In this document: positions 11,751 to 22,593 of the stretch, piece after piece
How positions within the stretch are numbered: position 1 is the first letter of the stretch
Layout: every line of letters starts with the position of its first letter
Source of the DNA: Lophium mytilinum
Taxonomy: Eukaryota
Assembly (NCBI GenBank): GCA_010093605.1
Contig: MU004183.1
Location: 248,001 to 312,000, forward strand
Reading direction: 5' to 3'
DNA length: 64,000 nt
The notes under the pieces: generated by a model
What the model saw: the letters and a program-made list of their open reading frames with translations, nothing else
What the model was told of the DNA's origin: nothing
Database searches by the model: none
Position numbers and translations under genes: made by a program

Positions 11751-14700
11751 TCAAATTTGCTGGTCGGGTTCTAGCTGTTCTAAGCAGTAGGCCAGCCACG
11801 ATTCGGAGACAATCCGATCTGGATGATTTTCGGATAGCCTGGATTGGCTGATCATAACGACATGCTTTAGCAAGTCGACAGCCTTATGAGCTTGCCCGTC
11901 TGCCCAATAAGCTATTGCAAGCACGTGCTGTGATGCCAGCCGAGAAGGGTGGTCCTCTGCTAGCGTAGTTTCTCTAATCTTAACAACGTGCTCTAGCAGC
12001 TCTATAGCCTCCTGAATTTGCCGATTCTCCATATAAGCCATCGCAAGCACGTGCTGTAATGCCAGCCGATCTGGGTGGTCCTCTACTAGCGTAGTTTCTC
12101 TAATCTTAACAACGTGCTCTAGCAGCTCTATAGCCTCCTGAATTTGCCGATTCTCCCTATAAGCCATCGCAAGCACGTGCTGTAATGCCAGCCGATCTGG
12201 GTGGTCCTCTGCTAGCGTAGTTTCTTTAATCTTAATAACGTGCTCTAGCAGCTCTATAGCCTCCTGAATTTGCTGATTCTCCCTATAAGCCATCGCAAGC
12301 ATGTGCTGTGATGCTAGCAGATATAGGTGGTCCTCCGTTAACGTGGCTTTTCTAATCATAACGACCTGCTCTAGCAGCCGCACGGCCCTCTTACGCAGTC
12401 CTAGATTGGATAAGCTCCTTGCTTTGAGATCATAGATCGGTAAATAGTCTTGCGATGGTCTATCTAAGTCAAGGTGAAGCTCTGCAAGCAATTCGTCTAC
12501 AAGATGGCCGAGCCTAGAATCATCTCGCATGTTGTCCAGGATCCAGCCACAATGAAGGAAAATCGGGATCACTATGTCCTTAGGCCCGAACGAGAAGGCT
12601 GCCTTGACTTTTACATCGAGGTAAGACTGCACGTGTGATAGCAGTTGTCTCTGTTGACTCTGCGATAGAGTATTCGGAAGCCGAGCTAGCGAGAGAATGC
12701 ATCCTGCGCTGATCCAAGAAAGTCCCTGCTGGTCGGATGCCTGGCGATCTTTAGCCCAGGCGTGTGTAAGAGGATGCATAGAAAGCCCAGAGGAATCTTT
12801 TGTAATCAGAGAGAGGGATGCAAGTAAAGAACTCGCTTCCACGAGACGATAGTCATCCCAGGCATCATTAGCAGCTGGTATGAACTCGGGTAGCCGGGAG
12901 ACGTGCCCATGAAACATTTTGTTTATATCTTTGGGTTCTACGGGCGCCATACAGACAATCTTCCTGCAACCTGCCCATGCATCTTCAAAGATTTTCATAG
13001 GAAGGCTACCGGAGTATAGCATGGATAGGACCTCGAGCAAACGCAAAGCATCTTTTGCAGCTTCATCGCTAGAACGCTCTAGAACATCGGCAGATGCTTC
13101 AAATGTCGTGTACACGTCGCAATATCTCGACAGCCCCTGCTTTGGCTTGTACTTGAGCAGTCGTTTGCGCTGTCGCTTGTACACTTCGGGGTACTTTGCT
13201 AACGGGCTGTGACCTTTCGCTACGTATGCGCCAGCTTGGATTAGCGCAAGGGTATGGGAGCCTAATAGGTTCACAACTTCCTCCGCTTGGCTATCGTAGA
13301 CCAGTTCTTCATGGATATTCGCTGATCTGAGCAGGAGGTTTTTGGCGTCTGGCATATCAAGGCCGGCAAGCGCTTCGGACCCGACGGTGTTATACTGGCT
13401 GCAGTCCGAGACACGGGATGTTATGATCACGGCACCATGAGTACCAGACGGGAGGTACTTCTGGTAGTCGAAGTTCGGATCATCGGCGTTATCGAGGATA
13501 AGAAGCCAAGTCTTCTTAGTGTTCGCAAGCACTTGGAGTGCGTCCTGTAAATTATTGACTGGGGATCCTATCGTTTTCGCAATGTTGATAAAGACACTTT
13601 CGGCGAGCGAAGGGGTGTCTACGTCTACCCAGAATACTCCCCAGAACCTGTCATAGTCAGCCAACGGAAATCAACCTAAAAGCGCTATTAGAACCTACTC
13701 TTTTCGCATCAAATTTGCAACGTGTAGGGCGATCTCACTCTTTCCCAGTCCTCCTAAGCCAGTAATCACGAATGTCCTTCGCGTATGAGTGTCGGAAGGG
13801 CGGCTACTACGGAGGGACTTTTGGATTCGTTCCAGCAAGTCCTTGCGTCCGGTGAACAAGGCATTGAGAGCACGAGGGACCATCCAGTGTTTGTTGCCAG
13901 TGGATTCATGTTGATCTATGATTATCCAGTCAGCCTCTCATTTCAAAAATTCGCGCCTCCTATCTGTTCCGTACTTTCTGGAAGATGCCGTTCGAGCACG
14001 ATTGATGGTGCATCCCTTACGATTCTTTCAATCTCTGGGAGCAGCAATGCGTAATTACTATCATCCTCACCACCGAATTTGTTCAGTCCGGAATGATCGG
14101 TCTCCAAAAAAATCATCCTCTTTCCGAGTAGACTAGCTGATTGAGTGTCCACGACCTGCGGGCAATTAGTATGTTGCTCCGGAAAGCAGAGACGCAAAAC
14201 AATACCTGTGTTTTCCAAGGTCCATAGACAACCTCCTTGTACTCAAAGAAGCACACAATGTCGCATTCGCTATAACTTCCCCAGAAATCCCTTGATAGAG
14301 CATGCAGGCTTGGGCAGTTCTTGACGAGTGACTGCAACAAAGTAGCAGAAGGCAGTCGACCAAGTTCAGCCAACCATTCCGCGTACATGGCTGCGTCGCT
14401 TCCCTGGAAGGGCGCCCCGAGGAAGATGATGCCTCCTACAAAGCGGCGAATATCCGCGAATTCTTTCTGGTGGACGGCAATGACGAGCGCCTATTTTTGA
14501 TTAGCAGCGATATCTAGCTTAAGGACTGACATACTGCAGACCTGTTGAATGACTAGGCCGCCAAGGCTATGCCCGATCAATACGAGCGGTCGCTGCCGTT
14601 CCTATTGTAGTACTTGCGTTAGGTATAGACACTTATTGTAAGGAGAAGACCCTTACATGAGCATGCTGCCTGTGCTGGAATAAGACATTCAAGAATTGTT

Positions 14701-15125
14701 CTGCACACTTGCGCAAGCTGGTGTCGACGTCGCGATCCTTCCAGTCGGATTTATAGCTATATGTAGCTATGCGCGCGTTTTGGAATCGAGGCACAAGTAG
14801 GTCCCGCGGCCACATTAGCTCCGCTGTGCTGACTTCCTCATCTTTGTCGCGCTTCCAGTTCTTCCAACCCTTCACCTTATCCCTGAACCTGCTCGGTGCG
14901 GTAGCGTCTGGAGCTGGAGCTTTTTTAACCCACGTGTAGAACGGATGAGAGCCTAATCCTTGTACAAGGATAATGCTACGCATAATTAGCCTGGTGCGGG
15001 CACGGAGCCAACCTTACTTACTCGATCTCTGGGGTGGATTCAGATCCAGACTCGCTCGACCAGATGTTGAGTCCGCTAGGCTTGACCGTCTCCTTCGTGC
15101 AGGCCTTGCGCGTAGATGGATCCAT
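11751..15125 (-). CDS. Fungal NLR-like STAND protein: SesB-like alpha/beta hydrolase + NB-ARC + TPR (about 1020 aa, 7 exons)
   Basis: Exons 15125-15022, 14975-14657, 14601-14542, 14490-14206, 14155-13975, 13915-13699, 13647-11751 join in frame. Hydrolase motifs: DIILVQGLG, WPRDLL, GHSLGG, DHSGLNKF. NB-ARC motifs: P-loop GLGGLGKS, Walker B WLLILDNAD, VIITSR, MHPL. C-terminal 42-aa TPR repeats (LAEDHPDRLALQHVLAMAY). Confidence 0.92.
11900..12380 (-). repeat. Tandem 126-bp TPR-coding repeats (about 3.5 copies, high internal identity)
   Basis: ctctagcagc recurs at 11991, 12117, 12243 and 12369. Units 11991-12116 and 12117-12242 differ at only 4 of 126 nt. Confidence 0.95.
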
Positions 15126-15620
15126 ATCGGTATTCACGGTTATTCATGACTTCAGTTGACAGCGGTAGGGTATATGATAGTGAGGTTGTGAGAGCAGCCG
15201 ACGATCGCGCGCCCTCATGGCGTACTGGCACACTGGGACGAAGTTGTTGATAGTTAAAGCAGGCATGCGGGTGGCAGGCAACTGCCCTCAGCCGCACATA
15301 TACGACGAGCACGTGATAGCCATCTACCTACTGGATATTGTACCGATTGACGACCAAGCAGGTACTGATAAACCTTTCCGATTGAGTGTCTGCATCAGTT
15401 CTAGCTTCTTGAGACATATCAAGAGGTTCTCAATCCTAGTTGCTCTTTACTGTTACAACGTGACTTTCGGCACGGACCAGGTCTTCGAGGCATGATAAAT
15501 CGACAGCCTTGTGGCCCCCTAATGTCTGCCCATATTCTTCACTCCTCCAGAAGGTATTTTGTTTACTGTTCGGACCTTTTCAACCCCTAGCGTAGAAGTG
15601 GGGCTCAAGCTTTGAGCAAA

Positions 15621-16657
15621 ATGGCACGGCGCACGGTTAGTTCTCCAGGGTATTGTTTGTGTTCATCGCGGCTGACACTCCAGAACAGCTATCTCCACCG
15701 TTTTCTCCTACCACCAGCCCCGTCCGAACAGGGAATCCAACGCAACCGAATCTGCCTGCAGCATATAGCGATGACCAAGACAAGCTCGTACGCCTGAGCA
15801 ACAGCCATAGTGCTTTCGTGCGTCTGGACCTGGACGTCTCGAGACTCAACGAAGTCCACCAGTACCTGTGGCTAGCAGGAAGATCGACTTGCGCCCGGGC
15901 TCTGCACCGGCAGAAGATGATAGAGCGTCAAATCATAATCGTCGAACAGGCCGACTTGCACTTAGTTTGGCAAGAGGCGCGTATATTTCTGAAACCGCTG
16001 CCCGACTATCTCCTGGACCATCAATTCTGGGAAGACACCATCTGCTACGATGCGGAGCTTCACGCCAATGCTTGTGGCTTCTTGCTCTCTTATGTCTGGC
16101 TGGTGCGTCACCCGAGCGACCTCAGGATAGCGTCTGAGCTTGGATTGCTATCGTCCCAAATGCAGTGGGAGGACTGGGTCGTCTTCGCGGACACATTGCT
16201 CACAAATATCGATCATGATGCCTTGGATACGATCAATAAGCGTTATCAATATGGGGAACTGCGGCTAAGTAGGCTCAACCTTATACGCCCGCTCTTTCAT
16301 TTATATCGATCTGGAAAATTCGTTCGAGGGTACATGACGAATTACAATCGGTATACCGTTTTCTTCAGCCGCATTTTTGGATGGGTCTTGCTTGTCTTCA
16401 TCTACATGAATATTCTCCTAACAGCATTGCAAGTGGGCTTGGGGACAGACGAGCTGCAACATGACAAGAGGTTTCAGCGAGCTGCGTACGGGTTTGCTGT
16501 ATTCTCGCTAGTGTCACCAGTTGTCATTCTGGGCGCAGCTGCATTGGTTTTCCTATATCTATTCGCTTTCAACTTGATTACGACGAGGACGTTCTTGAAC
16601 CGCACAAAACGGCACCGGGAAGAATTGGTGGAGTCCAAAGCCGGGGCAGCGCCATGA
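15621..16657 (+). CDS. DUF6601-like fungal membrane protein (two C-terminal hydrophobic helices)
   Basis: Motifs LDVSRLNEVHQYLWLAGR, DLHLVW, IFLKPLPDYLL and KRYQYGELRLSRLN match my recollection of DUF6601. Likely exon 1 is 15621-15635, with intron 15636-15688 (GTTAGT...CTGAC...CAG). The 5' structure is tentative. Confidence 0.75.
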
Positions 16658-17645
16658 ATGTGGCGCCATGTCTTCGGTATCACGGGAAAAGTTGTCTTGC
16701 TTTTTCGAGCACATTTGTTTACGGCGTCTGGTGGAGAAAACCGACCTTCATAATGATATCTTAGCTCGACTGATGAGCTAAACACACGAATTCTCGCCAT
16801 TGTTGACGACCGTGACGAGAGTCTTGAGACCTTGTGCGGGCGAGAAACATACTACGGCCCCAAGTATACCGAATTCAACAAAGTTCATATCTTGCGCTTT
16901 AGGCGTGACGTGACCGGCTATTACAAGAAACTAAATTAGAGACCTCAATCAAAATACTCCTCGTTATACGACTTAGACCCATACGCCGCACACCCCTCCA
17001 TCCCCATCTAGATCAACGCTGGTGAAATGCTTTCTCCTTTCTCTCCCCCCCCCCTCCCTCTACTCTCTGCGCCTTCTCTTCCTGTCACAAGTATGAGATA
17101 GTTAGAGCAGTCTGAGACCATTTCGGTGACGCCAATGGTCTCTACAGTATCAGACGGAATGAGTGGGAATCGAGTAGAGACTGCCCTCCTACGCTCAACG
17201 TTGTTCCAGTATCCTCGACTCCGGCTTTTGGAAAGCACTCCCGCTCTCGTCTAACTTCGAACACGTGAACTAACTATTGCAATTAGGTTTTGGAGGAAGA
17301 GTGTCAGTGACTATATACTATCTGACTACGACTGATCTGCAGAAAACCGTTGGAGACCTATCCACCAAGAGTCTCAAGTCAAAGAAAGAAGCGTTCCAGC
17401 AAGTCATAATTCGTAAGTGATTCAGTTTGTAGGCGCACATGGATATTATGTGTCCACTCTGAGAAATGTCGACCAATCCAAAGAGAAACGCCAGACCTGA
17501 GCCAAGAAGTTCGTAGATGGTTCAACCTTGGGGATACCCAGGAAGACCCTAAACCCAAATGGAGAAGCCGGAGCTGGATGCAAGACCTGCCCGTGTCTCG
17601 GCCATACCCTCCACTAATCCGCAACCCACCCTTACCCTCACAAGA

Positions 17646-19903
17646 CTATTGGGAGTCATAGTCGCTCGCCTCGCTCATTTCCAAGAACTCCTCTTCAGGC
17701 TCCGTGACGGAGTCGTAGTCGGACTTCCAGTGAGGGTCTTCCTCATCACTGTCGTCCCCATCGGCAGCCTTCTCTTTATCGCCGGTGTCCATTTCGTCAG
17801 CAGCCTCTTTGCCGCCTTCATCATCCCACTCCTCTTCTTCCTCTTCCTCGCTATCGTAATCCCACTTCGTCACATCCCCGGCGAGCCTGAGTCCCATGGT
17901 GCCTTGATGCATTTCGTAGACCAGCCCAACCGCGTCCCGCTCCACAAACCCCATCCGCGCAATAGCGTTGCTCCTCCAGACCAGCGGGTCGTCTTCGGAC
18001 GCCTTGAGCCCAAAGCTGCGGAAGTGGGCGTTGTGCTCGGCTTCGAGGGCGACGAAGCCGGACACTGGCACTGGCAGGGATTTCACACCGCTGACAGCGT
18101 TGTCAGAGCTGAGACACAGTGCTAGGTTCCCATGGAAATCGGCGTTGTGGTCGCAATACTCGTGTCCGGAGAGGATCTGCACGTCTGCAAGCTTCAGGAT
18201 GAGGTCGTTGACGCTTAGATCGAGGTGCTGAGGCTCTGGACGCTGCGGCCATAATGGGGGGTCCATGGAGCTTAGCCCCCTGATTAGGGAGCCGTAGGCT
18301 ACGGACTCGCAGGATTCGGAGGGAGGAGTTTCCTTGCAGGATTTTCCGGATAGACGCTCATCGAATCCGTGGCATACGGTGATTATCTCGTTCATGATGC
18401 CTGAGCGAATGCGGCTCACATTGTCTAGAATGTGGTGGTTAGCAATGGCGGAGAAGGTTGCTTGAAAGTCGATGAACGGAATGTCGTGCTGACGTAAGCT
18501 TGAGATATGGAAGTTTTCTCACCTATGATGATGCGGCGCGCCTTTTGCTGCTCGTCTGTCAGACTAAAAACTCCAGCAAAAAAGTCTTCTGGGTCTGGGC
18601 CAATTATCATCGCCACCTTTCGAATTACAGCTTCAAAGGTATCTCCATAGCCAAGAAACCAGGAAAAGAACAGCCACTCTGCGTAATCACTGCTATCCTT
18701 CACCGCAGCTGGCATTCTAGGCCAAGCCCAATTGCGAAGGTACGGCCTCATCAGTTCAACAACGTCGTAATCTACGGAGAGATGGGCAACATCCCAGAGC
18801 TCGTTGAGAGGAAGTAGTTCAGGAACATCGTCCGTGTTGCCATGCGCAACATGCAATAAGATGCGAATTAAATCCCAGGAATAGTCCCATACCTCTATAA
18901 CTGGCTGTTCAGTAGAAGGCCCCGGAAGTGACTCCCAGAAATGTGTAATTTTGCGGAGACAAGACGACGAGACGAGCACGCGCATGTCCGACTTCCAGGT
19001 CATATCGCGAATTATCAGTTCTCGGTCGCCAGTGGAATCAAAGACGACCAACGCCGATTGTGGCTTTTGGTGCGTTGTCTGATCGCTGGCTGTGGACTCG
19101 TCTCCGCCCTGGGCGTCGGCATCCATCCGTTCGCCTGGAAGTGATGATCCCGGTTCCTTCTGATTGGTTTCCGCAGGAACTTGTGGTGGTGGTTCCACGT
19201 TAGACGATATTACTGAGTTCCACTCTTCGAGGAGGTCCGCAAAACGTTGCTTGAAGTTGAACTCTTCCTCCTTAGGGATACAGTTCAACTTGAGGATAGC
19301 CTTCACAACATTGTGAATCTTACTGGTCCGGAAAACCTCACTTTCAAGATTTCTGTAGCTCTCAAGGTTTTTGAGATGATCAGACATGGAAGCCATCTCC
19401 TCTTCCTGTAAAGGCCTGTCGCGACTGAGGAAGCCCTTCTGCAATCGATGCCGAAGGTAAAGTACTGAAAAAGTCAGTATCTCGCTCTTATGTATAAAAT
19501 ATGGGTAGGGATACGTACTCTCCTTCCTGCGTGTCTCTTTTCGCTCTTCTGGCGTCATGGCGCTCTCACTGCTCTCGGCTATGGCCGTCGTCGGCTTGGA
19601 GGTGAAATCAATTGGGCCGCCATGGGCTGGGAGGGCTAGGTTAGAGACCTCATTTTCAACAGCAGGCGATTTGGTTGGATAGACCTCTGGTTCGACTAGA
19701 TTGGCGTTCTCGTTCTCGACGACAGTCGGACTGGTCTCGTGTTCAATCACCTCAAAGCTCTCGTTCGACATGGATCTCTCGCGCTTCACGCGATCAGGCA
19801 TCCCGACCGTCTCACTAGAGGTCGATAGCCTCTTACGTTTTCCAGGGCTGAGGGGCTCGTTGTTCTCCTCCACGGCCTCCATGCTGGCTTGTATAGTCGA
19901 CAT
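17646..19903 (-). CDS. BTB-like domain protein with an N-terminal TFIIS-N/IWS1-like helical module and acidic tail (3 exons)
   Basis: Exons 19903-19519, 19464-18523, 18424-17646 are in frame. BTB-like segment FDSTGDRELII...RVLVSSSCLR...RILLHVAHG...WLFFSWFLG. The segment ILYLRHRLQKGFLSRD...SKIHNVVKAILKL...IPKEEEFNFKQR resembles the C-terminal domain of fungal PWWP proteins. Confidence 0.75.
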
Positions 19904-20483
19904 CTAGAAAGTCGGTTGCAGAATATCAACAGCTGTGCTGAATTGACGTTGAGGTAAAGAATGTAGTCCAAGGTTGCGAGGGTGTTCAGTCTTGAATGCG
20001 TCCTACAAGAGGCACTTGATGCCTAGAGTGCCGTTGGATCAGTCTACAGCCTCGTCGTGGATTGGCTAGGCAAGAGTGCGTACGTGGGATAGGATACAGG
20101 TTCTAGTGATATTGGCAGTCACTAGATGAAGTGGTAAGTCAAGTATTCATGACTGCATCTGCTCTGCTTGCGATAAGGTGGTGTTGAGGTGAAGAGCTGC
20201 AGCCTTGCGAGGTGGGGCTGCTATCTCGACGCGAGACGCGGGCAATCCACGCTTCACGTGACTTTCTAGCCACATTGAGTTACTGAGATCTTTTTCCAGG
20301 TAGAATATGGTACTTGTAATTAAGTCTGTTACATATCTGTTTTACCTTCCGCTCAACTAACCATGAGCTTTTCATTCATATGCAAGATGACCACCTTGAA
20401 CTCCAAATTTTCCATGGTATCTAAATGCAAGAGTAATGCTCGGAAACTACCAGCTGCAAGAAATGAAAATGTTCCAATGCAAA

Positions 20484-21859
20484 TCATAGGCTAAGTTGCT
20501 CGTTCTTTTCGAAAACTTTCTGCCCGAACTTCCATACTTGTTCCACCTCGAGCTTCTTCTCACCTGCCTCGGTATCTTGCAGCTCCAGAATCACAATGTC
20601 GGCATCAGCTCCTGGATCTAAGGTGCCCTTGACACCATGGAGCCCGAGCATCCGCGCTGGCGTCTCGGTGACAGCCTTAAGAGCCTCCGGTACGCTCGCG
20701 CCGCTCCAGTTCAGGAAGTTGGTCACGCACTCGATCAGCGAGATCGAAGAGCCCGCAATCTTGCCGTCGGTACCCTCAAGCGTGAGCAGCGGTCCTTTCT
20801 TGATGATGCGAGAGCCGTTTGTCCAGTCGTAGGTGCCATCCGGCAGACCCACGAGCGACATGGCGTCAGTGACCAATATGAACCCGTCCGGGTGGGCATT
20901 CCACGCGATCTTGATGGTCGTGCGATGTAGATGAATTCCGTCTGCAATGATGCCAAAGTAGGGTTTCACGTAGCCAAGGGTGGTGGACGCGGTGCCGAGC
21001 AATCCGAAGATGCCCGGGTTGCGGTGGTGGAGAGGTCGCATCGCGTTGAACAGATGTGTGATCATCCCGGCGCCTGCGGCCATTCCGGCGCGCGCCTCCT
21101 CGTATGTTGCTTCGCTGTGGCCAATTGAGACGCGGATGCCGCGATTTTTGAGGGCTGGGATGCATGAAAGCGCTCCTGGAAGCTCAGGTGCGAGCGTAAT
21201 ATATTTGATTGGTGAGGGTGAAACTAGATTCTCTGCGCCGTAACACTCCTCGAGGTCGATGATGCCGTTGGGAGCAGTGCGGAGGACCGAGACGTCGTGG
21301 ATGCCATTCTTCGTCGGACTAATGAATGGGCCCTCGCAGTGAGCTCCAAGAGACTCGGAGCCGGCAGAGGGGTCGCGTGGTGCACCAGACGGCCCGAGGA
21401 AAGGAAGAGCCTAAAAGACTAATTAGGACTGTGCTGTGGACAGTGATGCTGTAACTGTGCTTAGCGGACCTTGTGATACACCTCGGCCTTCTGACTTGTC
21501 AGGGTTGGCAGGTATGATGTGACGCCCGTCTTGATCAGGCTCTTGTTGACGCGCAGCACGCCTTTGCCGTAGCTGGGTGCCCCATCTTCGGGAATGACGG
21601 AGAAGTCGAAGCCGTAGGCGCCGTTGAGCTGCGAGTCAATGAGGCCGGGTGAGACGATGCGGCCGCCAAGGTCGAGGATGCGATCTGGTACTGCGCGCTG
21701 CTCGTAGAAGACTTCCTGGCTCCTGAGGATCTTGCCGTTGATGGAGCTGATCCAGAGGTCCTCCTTGACAAGCTGGTTGCCTTTGACCAGCAGGCAGTTT
21801 GTGAATTTGGTGATGCCACTTGGTGTAGGGCTGTCGTACTCCCGGACTGCGGACGGCAT
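20484..21859 (-). CDS. DAC1: N-acetylglucosamine-6-phosphate deacetylase
   Basis: Exons 21859-21470 and 21410-20484. Motifs PGLIDSQLNGAYG, GAHCEGPFISP, THLFNAM, GIIADGIH, LVTDAM, IAGS. Confidence 0.96.
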
Positions 21860-22593
21860 TGTGGTGGGGTGCCGTAGAGGGGTTGATGTGGTGGAATGTA
21901 TGTAGGGACGGGGACAATGAACAGATGGTATGTATGGAAATAGAGTGCGAGCACTCTTTGATGATGGTGGTGGGTAGAGGAATGAAAAGTTGGTTGAGAA
22001 AAGTCTCAACAGTGAATACCTAGCAGCAGGGCGTACTTTTATCAGATTGCCCTATGGCTGCAGAAGCTACTTCGTCATCGCCACGAGGAGAAGAGTATTA
22101 CGTGAAGCTCTAGCTCTCGAGACGTCTACTCTGCTGGCGGGGCTTATCGAGACGCGTTGGCTGGCCTGACCGCTGGTGACATTGGCGTTGAACAGATAGC
22201 ACAATAGCGCTACAACATGGCAGAGCCGTGGACCCGCGCGGTCACGACAGGCACTGCGACTATGGAGTCGATAAGAGGCCGCTGGATATCGCGGATGAAA
22301 CTGCGGGTGATCACCAATCGGTAGGGGGCCCGGTTAGTCCTAGGGTGCCATCACGTCTCGCTGCTGATGCAACTCTGCACTCTGCGCTCCACTGCAAGGG
22401 ACTTCGCCAGCCCAGCCACAGTGTAACCCCACGCCCGCTCGCCTTCCCGGTTGCAAAGAAATGCTTGATACCACGTCGCTGCCCACACATCGCGTACATC
22501 GACTGGCTGACGCTTGATCGGCTCGCGCAATCCATTCCAAGACTCCACTTACCACCGTCGCCCTGCCGAACTGCCTCTCGGGCCGCCAGCAAC

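Noticed and set aside
13880..14000. Amyloid signalling motif (HET-s, sigma or PP type) associated with the NLR
   Set aside because: The linker is short and mostly intron. No N/Q/G pseudo-repeat is present here or at the N-terminus, and the effector domain is directly fused.
16768..16940. Protein-like fragment TDELNTRILAIVDDRDESLETLCGRETYYGPKY after the DUF6601-like gene
   Set aside because: It has no start codon or recognisable family. It may be a gene relic but cannot be supported.
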